NCBI GenBank assembly: GCA_964634875.1 | Contig: CAZWKA010000001.1 | Coordinates: forward strand, 37,600-101,599 | Source: an uncultured Gammaproteobacteria bacterium | Lineage (GTDB): Bacteria > Patescibacteriota > Patescibacteriia > Magasanikbacterales > GWA2-37-8 | DNA: 64,000 bases | Direction: 5' to 3' | The notes under the pieces: model-generated | The model's input: the letters and a program-made list of their open reading frames with translations, nothing else | What the model was told of the DNA's origin: nothing | Databases searched by the model: none | Shown here: piece after piece, positions 46,543-56,682 of the stretch | Layout of the letters: every line of letters begins with the position of its first letter | Numbering within the stretch: position 1 is the first letter of the stretch | Made by a program: the position numbers and the translations under genes

Positions 46543-47553
46543 TTATTTGAGTAAACCGGTAATTTTTTTAATATAGTGCCGCCATTTAAACAGTTTAAAT
46601 TCAGCTAGTACCAAGGTTGCAGCCAAAATGATGTCCACAAAAGCCAGTGATCCCCGGGCGCGTGGAGCAGAGGAAGTCTGAGGTAGGCCGACGTACTCAG
46701 CATATTTTTTTGGTTTCGGCAGGCCGTGGCGTTCTTCGGTGTACGCTTTGGTAAATTCGACACCAAAAAACATGATTTGGGCGGAGTAATTAACCCAGAC
46801 GAGCAACACAATCAATGATCCGGCAACGCCGTAAGCGGAAGTAAAGTTTCGTTGTCCCAAGTACCAGCCCAGCAAGCTTTTGCCGGCGGTAAAAAAGAAG
46901 GCGGTAAGCACGGCGCCTACGATAATGTGTCGCCAGTCCAGGTGGACATCGGGCAAATATTTAAAAAGTAAAGCAAAAAGTGCGGTTGTTACCACGAGCG
47001 ACACCGCAAGGTCGAGTAGTGGTAAAAGCGTAGTGAGCCAGGTAAGGTTAGTCGAAGCGATTTCAATAAAAAAACTGACCCCAGCGGAAAGCACGAGTGA
47101 CACCATAAGCAAGAACCCAATGGCTAAGATGAGGCCGAATGAAAAAATTCTTTTTAAAATTGTCGCCACCAGGTGCCCCTTTTCTTTTTTAAGCGAAACT
47201 TTCCAAATAGAATTAAACGCATTTTGAAGGGCAACTAAGAGTCCTGTCGCGCCGATAATGAGGACAAGAATGCCAACAGCCGTTGCTGCGAACGAGCGAG
47301 GGCTTTGCTCGGCTGCGCTGAGCATGGTACTGATTGCCTCCGCGCCTTCAGCGCCGACCATAGTTCCAGCCTGCTCGATGATACGTGTTTGGACAGTTGC
47401 TGAATCAAAGAAAAAACCGGCTAGGCTAATAATAATCACCAAGAGAGGGGCGAGTGAGAAAATTGTATAGTATGCAGTTGCAGCGGCGAGTTGAGGTGCT
47501 TTGTCGTTTTTCCAAGCCGTGAAGCTGGTCTTAAAAAGCGAGAGATACTGCAT
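46543..47553 (-). CDS. YihY/BrkB-family membrane protein
   Basis: AATAYYTIFSLAPLL signature, 6 TM. Confidence 0.8.
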   Translation of the reverse strand: MQYLSLFKTSFTAWKNDKAPQLAAATAYYTIFSLAPLLVIIISLAGFFFDSATVQTRIIEQAGTMVGAEGAEAISTMLSAAEQSPRSFAATAVGILVLIIGATGLLVALQNAFNSIWKVSLKKEKGHLVATILKRIFSFGLILAIGFLLMVSLVLSAGVSFFIEIASTNLTWLTTLLPLLDLAVSLVVTTALFALLFKYLPDVHLDWRHIIVGAVLTAFFFTAGKSLLGWYLGQRNFTSAYGVAGSLIVLLVWVNYSAQIMFFGVEFTKAYTEERHGLPKPKKYAEYVGLPQTSSAPRARGSLAFVDIILAATLVLAEFKLFKWRHYIKKITGLLK

Positions 47554-47671
47554 AGTGTAACGTTAGAGGTAACTACATACTTACTGTAGCGCGCTGAGGC
47601 GCGGTTGTCGAATGGTAATAAAAAACCAACGCTTTGCATCGCGTTGGTTTTAGGTATTGATGCTACTTTCG

Positions 47672-48451
47672 CTATTGGGCAGGATACCAGTTTACCAGCA
47701 CAACTTCGATAGTTGAATCACCAGTATTCACGAGTTCCTTGAATGTATTCACGTCAGCCAAGCCGTCTTGTCCGCGATAGTGGTACGGGTAGACTTTTTT
47801 TGGTTTAAAATCGAGTACTGCGCTGGCCGCTTCGTCGACACCCATTGTAAAGGGTAAATTCATGGGAATAAAAGCTATGTCGATGTCGGTGAGGGCGCGC
47901 ATTTCTGGTGTGCCAGCTGTGTCACCGGCGACATACACGCGGTAGCCATCTTTTTCAATCACATAGCCATTGCCGCGGCCCTTGGTGTGGCGGCTGTCTG
48001 CTGTTTCCGGCAGGTTGTACATGGGGATGCCTTGAAACGCAAAACCTTGTTCAGTGAGTGTTGCACCGTTGGCCAAAACTTTGGCGCGTGCAGCCAAAGT
48101 ATCGGGTAACAAATCTTCGACTGCTTGAGGTACTATGAGGACAGCATCACCAGTAATAGCTTCAAGCGTGCTCGTACTTAAATGGTCGCCGTGAATGTCG
48201 GTTACCACAATAATATCCGCAGCAGGCTGGCCAGCAAAAGCCGCTGCGCCGCCTGTGGGGTCGGTGTATATGACAGTGTCATCCCACGTGAGAACAGCTG
48301 TGGCGTGGGAGATGGGAGTTACTTGGACGGGTGAGGATTGTTCCATAGTTTGGTTATTGGGTTGGGGCGGGGCTGGTGGACGTGTGAAGGCGTAGAGGGC
48401 AATAAGTACGATGACCATTGCGGCAATGATCCAGATAAGTGATTTTTGCAT
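47672..48451 (-). CDS. Secreted MBL-fold metallo-hydrolase
   Basis: signal peptide; VVTDIHGDH metal motif. Confidence 0.7.
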   Translation of the reverse strand: MQKSLIWIIAAMVIVLIALYAFTRPPAPPQPNNQTMEQSSPVQVTPISHATAVLTWDDTVIYTDPTGGAAAFAGQPAADIIVVTDIHGDHLSTSTLEAITGDAVLIVPQAVEDLLPDTLAARAKVLANGATLTEQGFAFQGIPMYNLPETADSRHTKGRGNGYVIEKDGYRVYVAGDTAGTPEMRALTDIDIAFIPMNLPFTMGVDEAASAVLDFKPKKVYPYHYRGQDGLADVNTFKELVNTGDSTIEVVLVNWYPAQ

Positions 48452-48545
48452 ATGGTTTTAAATAAAAGTTTTAATACATTGTCGTACTCTTTAAACTAGT
48501 ACGTAGAGTTAGCTTATAATTTATTTTTCAAAAAAGCAAATAAGC

Positions 48546-49277
48546 CTAAAGCCGTTCAAATAAGAGTTTGAATAATTTTCGTTGAAAGTTTGCCAGCTTC
48601 TGATGTTCGATAATAATACCCGTTTCGCTTTCAAAGTCTACGATAGATATTTTGGTATCGTAAATCATCAATTGAATATTGTCGTCAAAGAGAAGTTTCT
48701 GGGGAACGGTTTTTACCACTCGGTTCATGTCTTTGCTGTAGGCTGAAGCGCGCTCTGTGCTGGTAATTACCAATCGTTGGAGTTGTTTTCGGTCACGGTC
48801 CCGGACGAAGTTTGGCGGGCGCAGTCGTTCAATATCATCAAGCGTAGTTTTTGTTTTTCGCGATCCATACCGGTAATAAACCGACCCCGGCTTAAGCGTT
48901 GTCACCAGGTCGCTGATTACTCGCTGTACACCATGTTTACCTTCAAAATAGAGTACTCGCGGCCGCGAGCGTCGTTTTTCGTAGGCTGCTTTTAGGTCGT
49001 GTACGGAGTCATCGATCGAGGCTTTGATTGCTTCGATTTCTGGGATAAGCGCATCTGGTGGAGCGGCTACGTACTTGATTCGTTTTCCGGAGGATCGTTT
49101 ACTGACGAGTCCGTGGCTGGCCAGGAGGGGTAGGGTTTTATAAATCGCGGGGCGATGCAGGCCAGACTCACGCTCAAGTTCTGCAATCGATGCTGGTCCG
49201 TGTTCTACGAGGCAGCGATACAGGAGGGCGAGTTTTGGCGGTAATCCAGCTAAGGTTAGGAGGGTAGTCATTTCCAT
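48546..49277 (-). CDS. HTH (MarR/TrmB-like) transcriptional regulator
   Basis: N-terminal wHTH ASIAELERESGLHRPAIYKTL. Confidence 0.55.
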   Translation of the reverse strand: MEMTTLLTLAGLPPKLALLYRCLVEHGPASIAELERESGLHRPAIYKTLPLLASHGLVSKRSSGKRIKYVAAPPDALIPEIEAIKASIDDSVHDLKAAYEKRRSRPRVLYFEGKHGVQRVISDLVTTLKPGSVYYRYGSRKTKTTLDDIERLRPPNFVRDRDRKQLQRLVITSTERASAYSKDMNRVVKTVPQKLLFDDNIQLMIYDTKISIVDFESETGIIIEHQKLANFQRKLFKLLFERL

Positions 49278-49430
49278 AAATGTACTATTTAGTACAAATT
49301 AAATATGTCAGTATTTTAGCTTATTATAGTTATTTTAGTAAAGTTAATAGTTACTAACTACAGTATATGTACTTTTTATACCATAAAAAGAGATGCAACG
49401 TGTAGGATGACTGCAGACAAGGAGGGCACT

Positions 49431-50210
49431 ATGCCGCAGATCATTCGTACCATTACGTTTGTCCGCCACGGGCAGAGCGAGCAGAATCTTATTAAGCCTG
49501 ACAAGCACCCCGTAACACCCGAACAGCTCAGGTTGTTCCGCGAGCGTGAAACTGGCGACCATCGCCTCACCAAGCAGGGCGTTGCCGAAGCCCGTCGACT
49601 GGGCGAGATGCTTCGCAGCCTTAAGCTCACGTTTGATCTCTTGGTTACCTCGAGCTATGTGCGAGCCCAGGAAACCCTGCTCGAAGCGGGGCTCGAGGGT
49701 TCAATCGAAGTTTCGCCGCTCCTCGACGAGCGCTACTCGGGTGAGCATGAACCCCTCCGGCATAGCGAGGCTCTCGAGCGTTTCCCCAGCGCTGACCGCG
49801 ACCGGCGGCGTAAGGAAACCCGTTGGCGGCCGGAGAATGGTGAGAGTATGCGTGACGTTCTTACGCGGACACTTCTGTTTATGGGGCAGTTGCACGAGCT
49901 CGAGGGTGGTAATGGTAATGTGCTTATCGTTTCTCACTCGCGGGTTATCGCCTCGTATATGTGGTGGGCCGAGCAGCTCGAGGACGGCCAGGTTCCGGGC
50001 GCAGCTGATGGCAGTGGTGGCGGGATCGTTGTTGCGAATGGCGAGGTCACTCAGTATGGCTGGGCAAAAAACTCGCTCCGCCCCACACATAAGCGCTCTT
50101 TCTTATCGGGCCAGCTACAGAGTCTCGATTGGCAGCCGCTTCCCACGAGCCCTCGCTTTTCTCCGGCTGACCTTCGCCGGATGGTCGAAGCGTATCCCCG
50201 GATACTCTAA
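49431..50210 (+). CDS. Histidine phosphatase (phosphoglycerate-mutase-like) family protein, GC-rich
   Basis: RHGQS catalytic motif; AAGGAGGG SD before ATG 49431. Confidence 0.75.
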   Translation: MPQIIRTITFVRHGQSEQNLIKPDKHPVTPEQLRLFRERETGDHRLTKQGVAEARRLGEMLRSLKLTFDLLVTSSYVRAQETLLEAGLEGSIEVSPLLDERYSGEHEPLRHSEALERFPSADRDRRRKETRWRPENGESMRDVLTRTLLFMGQLHELEGGNGNVLIVSHSRVIASYMWWAEQLEDGQVPGAADGSGGGIVVANGEVTQYGWAKNSLRPTHKRSFLSGQLQSLDWQPLPTSPRFSPADLRRMVEAYPRIL

Positions 50211-50283
50211 AACAAAAGGACGACGCCCTGCGTCGTCCTCTTTCTATGCTCATGCTTGTTTCAGGTATGAGCGCAGATGTTCT

Positions 50284-50535
50284 TTAGCGATGGCTGCAAC
50301 CTGGCCAGCAACAGGGACGGTTTTTTCCAACTAAAAGATCGTGGCCAACCCGTTCGATGCGGCCATTCCGGGTTTCTATTTTTTTGGCGGATTCAATAAA
50401 ACACAGCCACTCATTGCGGGCGAGTGGTGTAATAGCGTTCCAAGCTTCGAGTACCGTAGGTTTGGAAGTAATGAACTTTCGTAGATCTGCGGGCACTCGG
50501 TGCACTACGCCACTAGCAATTTCTTTTTTGGTCAT
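50284..50535 (-). CDS. Small hypothetical protein (YdeI/OmpD-associated-like?)
   Basis: 83 aa; weak family resemblance only. Confidence 0.3.
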   Translation of the reverse strand: MTKKEIASGVVHRVPADLRKFITSKPTVLEAWNAITPLARNEWLCFIESAKKIETRNGRIERVGHDLLVGKNRPCCWPGCSHR

Positions 50536-50546
50536 ATGTGTGCTTT

Positions 50547-50954
50547 TTATTTTCTGGGAAATTTTTCATCTTCCTGGTGTGCTTTTTCAATAATGAAGCA
50601 AAATTTTTCGAGTAAATCAGGGATATCCTTTAGACGCGCGGTTTCTAAAGCCGCTTGAAATGCTTCATAACCCGGCCGTATCCGTTCAACTTGCCGACCC
50701 GAGTCTTCTCCGGTATATTCTTCCCACAAACCTGCAATAGTGCCTACAATAGTGGTAATACCTTCTTCTCCAGAGTCTAATCCGTACGACTCTTTCCAGG
50801 GTGTGGCCGCTGATTCTTCGCCAATAAATTCAAGCCGAGCTTGCGTTAATTCCTTTTGATACCTCACCTGGGCGAGGAGTTCAGCTGGCACGCGCTCTTT
50901 TGGTCTAAAAAATTCAGCTACTCTACTTCCAAAACTGCGAAAATTTTCGCTCAT
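50547..50954 (-). CDS. Acidic hypothetical protein
   Basis: 135 aa. Confidence 0.35.
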   Translation of the reverse strand: MSENFRSFGSRVAEFFRPKERVPAELLAQVRYQKELTQARLEFIGEESAATPWKESYGLDSGEEGITTIVGTIAGLWEEYTGEDSGRQVERIRPGYEAFQAALETARLKDIPDLLEKFCFIIEKAHQEDEKFPRK

Positions 50955-51073
50955 AGGTTATTTTTTAATAAGTACAGATCTCAAATTAATACCTGCCGTT
51001 ATTTTTATTAGTTCTCGAAAGTGAGATTGCAGCAGTTAATTTGAGAGTAACAGTTTGACTGAGTGTTGTAGGC

Positions 51074-51604
51074 TTACATTTTTCGACTATCGTATGCCCA
51101 GTGGAGTAGGGCTTGTCGTTGGACAGGGCGGCAGGCGAGGTCCTTGGGTCGGCAGTTCTTTTTAAGCTGGCCAATGTGGCGACGGATCGCTTTCCAGCGG
51201 CCGATTTGGCGGTGGTCTTCTTTGGGGATGCGCCGACCTAAGTAATACCGACAATACCACTGGAACCAGCCGTGCGGGTCGCACAATGTGATCCATCCCT
51301 TTTTTTGCCAAACACTTAGGGGTTGGCTGGCGTGAACACCAAAAAAATTTAAAGTTTTTTCTTTTTTAAAACTCTTGGACAGACGAGCTCCTTTAAACCA
51401 AGACTTTGGCAGATCGTCGGGGATAAGTCCGGGTACGCCAATAAAATAAGCGCCACCAAAAACGCCAAGAGCCAACATTTCTGAGGGCGTAAGTTCCGGT
51501 TTAAATTCAGGATCAAACTGCTTGCCTGTTGGGGCAGAAAGTTCGTAGGTATAATGACTCTGGAAGTTGTCTGATTCGGTTCGGAGGTTGCTGTTTTTTG
51601 GCAT
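51074..51604 (-). CDS. Hypothetical protein (Trp/Cys-containing, basic C-terminus)
   Basis: 176 aa. Confidence 0.35.
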   Translation of the reverse strand: MPKNSNLRTESDNFQSHYTYELSAPTGKQFDPEFKPELTPSEMLALGVFGGAYFIGVPGLIPDDLPKSWFKGARLSKSFKKEKTLNFFGVHASQPLSVWQKKGWITLCDPHGWFQWYCRYYLGRRIPKEDHRQIGRWKAIRRHIGQLKKNCRPKDLACRPVQRQALLHWAYDSRKM

Positions 51605-51641
51605 ATAACAAGAGCGTGGTATGGCCTGGAAATGGATTGCG

Positions 51642-52646
51642 TTAATTAATCCGGTTGTTAATTTGTCCGCTTATAAAACTTTTAATATTTTCAGCGGTTA
51701 CGTCTATAATTCGTTCTAAGGCCTCAATGCTATTAAAAGCATTGTGCGGAGTAACGATGGTGTTGGGGTGGTCAATGATGAGATTATTAATGAGGGTGGT
51801 TTTTATTTTACAGTTGGCATCCTTGCAGCGCATCACTTCTTCAAAATTCTGTAGCAAATTTTCATCCTCGAGCACATCAAGTCCGGCGCCGGAGAGTTGC
51901 CCTGTGTTGAGGGCTTCGAGGAGTGCCTCTGGATCAATAAGTGCGCCGCGGGCAGTGTTGATGAGCAGGCTGCCGTGCTTCATGAGGCCAATTTTTTCTT
52001 TGTTGATGAGGTGGTGGGTGCTGGAAAGAAGGGGGACGTGCAGTGAAACAATGTCGGATTGTTCGAGGAGTTTTTCGAGTGTGGTATATGTAAATCCAAT
52101 TGTTGTGGCGGTAGCTTGGTTCGGAAATGCGTCGTAGGCGAGCACCTGCATTTCAAAACCCTTGGCGATGCGGGCAATATGCGCTCCAATATGTCCGGTA
52201 CCAATAATACCCAATGTTTTATCTTTAAGATCAATTCCCCGCAAGCCGTGAAAATCATACGTTCCCTCCTTGACCCGTTTAACCGACTGGAAAATTTTTC
52301 TGGTCAGGCCAAGAATCAAAGCAAAGGTATGTTCAGCTACGGTATTTTCACCGTAGGTTGGTACGTTTGATACTGCAATACCGCTTGCCTTTGCTGCGGC
52401 GAGATCAATGTGGTCGTAGCCGGTACTCATGGCCGCAATGTACGTAAGTTTGGGCAAGTGGTCGAAAATTTCGCGGGTAACGGGCGACTCGATAAACAGA
52501 CCAAGTATGGTGGCGGTTTCATCTGCGTTTTTAAGCGTAATCGGTTCGCTGTGCAGGGTGGCTGGAAGGTCGCCAAGCTGCTTCTTGGTATACTCGTGAA
52601 GCTCTGGCCATAAGCCGTAAAAAACAATGTGAGGTGTAGAGGGCAT
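51642..52646 (-). CDS. D-isomer-specific 2-hydroxyacid dehydrogenase
   Basis: NAD-binding GIIGTGHIGAHIA and catalytic R/E/H pattern; trimmed to ATG 52646. Confidence 0.8.
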   Translation of the reverse strand: MPSTPHIVFYGLWPELHEYTKKQLGDLPATLHSEPITLKNADETATILGLFIESPVTREIFDHLPKLTYIAAMSTGYDHIDLAAAKASGIAVSNVPTYGENTVAEHTFALILGLTRKIFQSVKRVKEGTYDFHGLRGIDLKDKTLGIIGTGHIGAHIARIAKGFEMQVLAYDAFPNQATATTIGFTYTTLEKLLEQSDIVSLHVPLLSSTHHLINKEKIGLMKHGSLLINTARGALIDPEALLEALNTGQLSGAGLDVLEDENLLQNFEEVMRCKDANCKIKTTLINNLIIDHPNTIVTPHNAFNSIEALERIIDVTAENIKSFISGQINNRIN

Positions 52647-52686
52647 AGAAGTAAAGCGTTCCAAGTCCGAATTAAAATAGTTACCA

Positions 52687-53091
52687 TTATTTAGCTGGTT
52701 TTTTTTCGGTGGTTTTTCCGTCGAAGTGTTCGTGATCTGCTTCGGCTTCGGCTTTGGTTCGGTGAATAACGCCGTCGCGATGGTGTGGTGGTGCATACAA
52801 GGTGTACAGTTTCATGGTTTCAGCACCGGCCATGATGTTGTGACGGGTTCCAGCGGGTACGATAATCACGCTGCCATCGCCAACGGCTTGGGGTTCGCCA
52901 TGTATGACCATTGTTCCACTTCCTTTTTCAATGCGGAAAAATTGGTCGACATCATGAACCTCTTCGCCAATTTCTTCGTGCGGTAGTAGTGACATGATGA
53001 CAAGCTGTGTATTTTTATCGGTGTAGAGCACCTTTCGAAAATGAGGGTTTTCGACCGAAAGCTTTTCAATGTTCGCAATATATCCGTGCAT
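52687..53091 (-). CDS. Cupin-domain protein
   Basis: two-motif cupin pattern (G..H.H...E ; P.G..H...N). Confidence 0.6.
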   Translation of the reverse strand: MHGYIANIEKLSVENPHFRKVLYTDKNTQLVIMSLLPHEEIGEEVHDVDQFFRIEKGSGTMVIHGEPQAVGDGSVIIVPAGTRHNIMAGAETMKLYTLYAPPHHRDGVIHRTKAEAEADHEHFDGKTTEKKPAK

Positions 53092-53096
53092 ACAAG

Positions 53097-53519
53097 TTAT
53101 TTAATTAAAATGGCGGCCATGACCCCGGCTGTTACCAGGGTGCCACCGATAATATTTCCGGCACTTGGTTTTTCACTTAAAATAAAAAAAGCTAGTAAAA
53201 TACTAAGTGCAACGCTTAATTTATCAACCGTTGATACCCGGCTGACAGGTCCGAGTTGCAGCGCTTTATAATAAAAAAGCCACGAAAGGCCGGTGGCAAG
53301 AGCTGAAAGGGCAATGAAAAGATATGAATGTTTGGAAATTTTGAATATGTCACCGGACTTTCCTTCGAGGAATACGATGCCCCAGGCAAAAAAGACAATA
53401 ATAAGCGTGCGAATTGCAACTGCAACATTGGAGTTAACGTTTTGAATACCGATTTTGCCAAAAATGGCCACCAAAGCAGCGAACAGGGCTGAGAGGAGAG
53501 CATAGATGATCCAGCTCAT
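53097..53519 (-). CDS. EamA-like (DMT superfamily) small transporter
   Basis: 4 TM, EamA repeat. Confidence 0.65.
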   Translation of the reverse strand: MSWIIYALLSALFAALVAIFGKIGIQNVNSNVAVAIRTLIIVFFAWGIVFLEGKSGDIFKISKHSYLFIALSALATGLSWLFYYKALQLGPVSRVSTVDKLSVALSILLAFFILSEKPSAGNIIGGTLVTAGVMAAILIK

Positions 53520-53621
53520 AGGTGATGTTAGTAATTAAGTATACCAATATAGTATACCAGTTCGCAAAGCAGCACCAGGTAGTGTGGTAGTACTATGAAA
53601 TACTTCTGTGCGCAATAGAAG

Positions 53622-53653
53622 AGCGCACGGAGCCTGTTTGGCGTCCGTGCGCT
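53622..53653. repeat. 10-bp perfect inverted repeat AGCGCACGGA / TCCGTGCGCT at 3' end of GC-rich island
   Basis: seen directly. Confidence 0.45.
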
Positions 53654-53672
53654 ATGTTGTTGCGGAGTCGTT

Positions 53673-54737
53673 CTAGTTTTTGGCAAACAAGCTAAGCCCG
53701 GCCACTGCTATGCCGCCCCACCCGGTTCTGGGGTCGTACCCTTCAGACGGGGTTCGTGTCTGAACCGCAGATATTTCTACGAAGGGGTGTATTGGCCAGT
53801 TGTTTGGGTTTGCTGAGAAAGTAACAGTTCCGGCGAACCGAGAGCCATCGACGACGAGAGCTGGGATTTCTGGTTTACGCACTTCGTGGCAGCCGTCGGC
53901 CCTGGCGGACACAGCTAGCTGCCAGTTGGCTAGCTTGGGGGTTTTGGTGCGTACATCGGCCACCCCGCATGTCCACACCCGCGCATTTGCTCCAGTTTCG
54001 CCGCCAGCGTTCCAGTGGAGGCGTAAAGACCACGGCCCCATAGCTGAGAGCGCCAAGGCGACATCGCCGTCAAAACGGCCGCCACCAGGTTCGGGACGCA
54101 AGCTGAACATGTAGGACAGGTAGCTGTTGGGGGTTGTATGGCGGATGCCGGCGTAGTAGGTAAGGCCTTCCGGGTCACGAGAAGGTGTTCCGCCCCAGCT
54201 AGGCGTCATGCCGACTGCTATAGTCAGGCCGCCCGCATGACTGAGTGAGAGTTCTGCGCCCGTGTTCCAGTAGGGCAGGCCATAGGTGGGGAGCGCGTGC
54301 ATGATGTGATACCGGTCGGCCATGGCACTCGGGTTCACGGGTTCGTAGCCCCGGTGGCCCGCGCAGTGTCCGCCAGTTGCGACCGCACTCCACTGGGTAG
54401 TGAGGTTCGCTTTGAGCGTGAGGCAGGCTACCTGAAGGCCGGGGACTGTGCCGATCTTGTCCGCCATGGCACCAGTCCAGGGTACGACCGTCAGCGAGAT
54501 TCGTTCGTTGAGTGCGTTCAGGTCGATCTGCAGCGCAGCCTGGTGTAGCACAGGGAAGGGTGCTACCTCGGTGGTCGCGAGAGCCAGCAGGTGCGGCGGA
54601 TTTCCGAACGAGCCTCCCCAGGTGAGGTCGAGCACTCCTGCGACTGATCCGGTGATGAGCGGTTTTTTTGTAGTTTCCGCCGGGGCAACTTTTGTCCAGG
54701 CAAGCATGACAATTACGAGTAGGGCGCTCAGGCGCAT
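53673..54737 (-). CDS. GC-rich secreted protein, beta-rich (porin/beta-barrel-like?) hypothetical
   Basis: signal peptide MRLSALLVIVMLAWTKVAPA; Gly/Thr/Trp-rich; AGGAGA SD. Confidence 0.45.
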   Translation of the reverse strand: MRLSALLVIVMLAWTKVAPAETTKKPLITGSVAGVLDLTWGGSFGNPPHLLALATTEVAPFPVLHQAALQIDLNALNERISLTVVPWTGAMADKIGTVPGLQVACLTLKANLTTQWSAVATGGHCAGHRGYEPVNPSAMADRYHIMHALPTYGLPYWNTGAELSLSHAGGLTIAVGMTPSWGGTPSRDPEGLTYYAGIRHTTPNSYLSYMFSLRPEPGGGRFDGDVALALSAMGPWSLRLHWNAGGETGANARVWTCGVADVRTKTPKLANWQLAVSARADGCHEVRKPEIPALVVDGSRFAGTVTFSANPNNWPIHPFVEISAVQTRTPSEGYDPRTGWGGIAVAGLSLFAKN

Positions 54738-54837
54738 TGTTTTCTCCTCTAGAAATTATAGGGAATTTTTCATGCCCCGTGCAGTTCTCTTTTTAAAAAA
54801 GAGAGCCGGACGGGAGATGAACTAAATTGTGGTGCAT

Positions 54838-54865
54838 AAAACCTCCGCGGTAACGGAGGTTTTTG
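54838..54865. terminator. Bidirectional intrinsic terminator
   Basis: AAA-CCTCCG-cggtaa-CGGAGG-TTTTT. Confidence 0.6.
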
Positions 54866-54944
54866 TTCCTCTAAATTCAACGAATTGAAGGTAAAGGAAA
54901 TGGGGACAGAGAGGTGTGATGCGCGACTGGTCCCCGGGCAGTCG

Positions 54945-56339
54945 TTATCGTGCCAGGGCAACCATGATCGCCAGCGCGATGATGTGGATCAGCGCCGTCG
55001 GGTAGATCTTCCAGGACGAGCCGAGCCACTGCCCCGCGCTCACCCGCAGGCTGCGAGCCAGCGGGAAGTTAGGCAGGTTCGCCGGGATCGTGAGGAATCC
55101 TCCGAAGAGGGCCCCCAAGATCACCGCGGTCGCGAGCACCTCGGCGGGCGCCTGTCCGAGCGTCGTGATCATCGTCACCGGGATGGCGATGAAGACGCGC
55201 GAGGCCAGGGCGTTGTCGGCGAAGTGGCTGACGATGGCCGTGACGAAGAAGAGGGTCACGGCCAAGGCGAAGAGCGGCATCGCCGAGGGGATGAGTCCTG
55301 CGATGGACGCGATCGTCGGCGTTGCCCACAGGCCGATCACCTCGAGCGCCACGAGCAGGATGCCCAGGATGAGTGGCTGCCATGCTGCGGCGTGCGCCTC
55401 TTCCCGGCGATCCTCCTCCGCGCCCCGGTACTCGCGCTTGGCGAGGATGAGGTTCGTGAGGCCGATCGCGAGGTCAGCGCCCAGGACGAGCGGGTTGTCG
55501 GTGGTGAGGATGTGCAGCGTGACGAGTGCGACGAGCGGTAGCAGAGGGAGGAAGCGCTGGGCGCTCAGTGGCGCGCGCTGGATCTCGGTGGGAGCCTGGA
55601 GATACTTCAGCATGATCTTCGTGCACACCACCACGTGCGCTGTGCAGACGAGTCCCGCCATGAGCAAGAGTCGTCCGATTCCCCAGCCGAACTGCTGCTG
55701 GAGCGTGCCCCAGACGATCAGCACGGGCGGCGCGACGAACGGCAACAGACCGTTACCGCTTCCGATGGTGGCCGCGAGTAGGGTAGCGACCTTCGGGCGA
55801 TCCTTCTCCTTGCTCCGCGTCTTGACGTATTCGGCCATGTAGAGCGACGCGGCCGGTCCAGTGAGTGCCGAGAGCAGAGAGCCGACGGCGATGGCGAAGC
55901 CGCGGCCGCCGACCCGCTCTAGCAGGGACATGATCTCGTTCATGCTGCGCGTCGCCAGCCGGGCGGCCGACAGTACGCCGATGATCGTAGCCATGCCATA
56001 GATCGGAAGATGGGGCAGGTGGCCGTTGGTGAAACCGTAGAGGACGAGGGCGATGAACCCGACGAGGATGCCGGCGAGCTCCCCCTCGCTTGTAACGTGG
56101 TGGAGCCAGCGAAGGCTGGGGTGTTCCTTCCACACACTCGGGCCCTGTTCGGTCAGGAGGTTCTCGGTCCGGGCCAGACCGTTCATGGCCAGGACGGCTG
56201 CAACAATCAGTGCCGCGCCTGCGGCGACGGGGTGGTTACCCAGCCCGAACGTCACAAACAGCACGAGGGCCAACAGGCCAAGCCATGACTCGATCACGGC
56301 GTTTTTGGCAATTTGAAAAACGCTTTTCTTCGTTTGCAT
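54945..56339 (-). CDS. GC-rich polytopic membrane transporter (ion/anion permease-like)
   Basis: 464 aa, 12 or more TM; family not resolved. Confidence 0.5.
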   Translation of the reverse strand: MQTKKSVFQIAKNAVIESWLGLLALVLFVTFGLGNHPVAAGAALIVAAVLAMNGLARTENLLTEQGPSVWKEHPSLRWLHHVTSEGELAGILVGFIALVLYGFTNGHLPHLPIYGMATIIGVLSAARLATRSMNEIMSLLERVGGRGFAIAVGSLLSALTGPAASLYMAEYVKTRSKEKDRPKVATLLAATIGSGNGLLPFVAPPVLIVWGTLQQQFGWGIGRLLLMAGLVCTAHVVVCTKIMLKYLQAPTEIQRAPLSAQRFLPLLPLVALVTLHILTTDNPLVLGADLAIGLTNLILAKREYRGAEEDRREEAHAAAWQPLILGILLVALEVIGLWATPTIASIAGLIPSAMPLFALAVTLFFVTAIVSHFADNALASRVFIAIPVTMITTLGQAPAEVLATAVILGALFGGFLTIPANLPNFPLARSLRVSAGQWLGSSWKIYPTALIHIIALAIMVALAR

Positions 56340-56367
56340 GAGGTACGCTCCTTGCTGGTGGTTGTCC

Positions 56368-56430
56368 AGAGACTATCAATGTAACAACCAAGAATGATTA
56401 TTACATTGATAGTCTCTTTTTTCGTTTTTT
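56368..56430 (+). terminator. 17-bp perfect IR AGAGACTATCAATGTAA / TTACATTGATAGTCTCT + TTTTTCGTTTTTTT
   Basis: seen directly; sits just 5' of the GC-rich transporter start. Confidence 0.55.
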
Positions 56431-56682
56431 TACCTCTCTGTCAAATTGTAAAGAGCGTTTGTCTGTAGCAAGACTTTGCAGCCTATCTATAGAACAGCGT
56501 AGCATAGCACAAAAAACACTTTTTGTCAAGAGTCTTGTTCAGTAAAAAAAGCCGTTTTTAAGCCAAAAAAGGCGTTGTCAGCACGCCAAAAACAAAAATC
56601 GAATGCGGCTAGAATATTTTATTTGACGCAGTACTCACTTCGCACTACAATAGCACTACTATTTACTCATCAATTATTTTCT

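Noticed and set aside
55069-56137. Multiple overlapping ORFs on both strands inside 54945-56339
   Set aside because: These are GC-rich open-frame artefacts. Only the 464-aa polytopic membrane protein frame has an SD and coherent TM topology.
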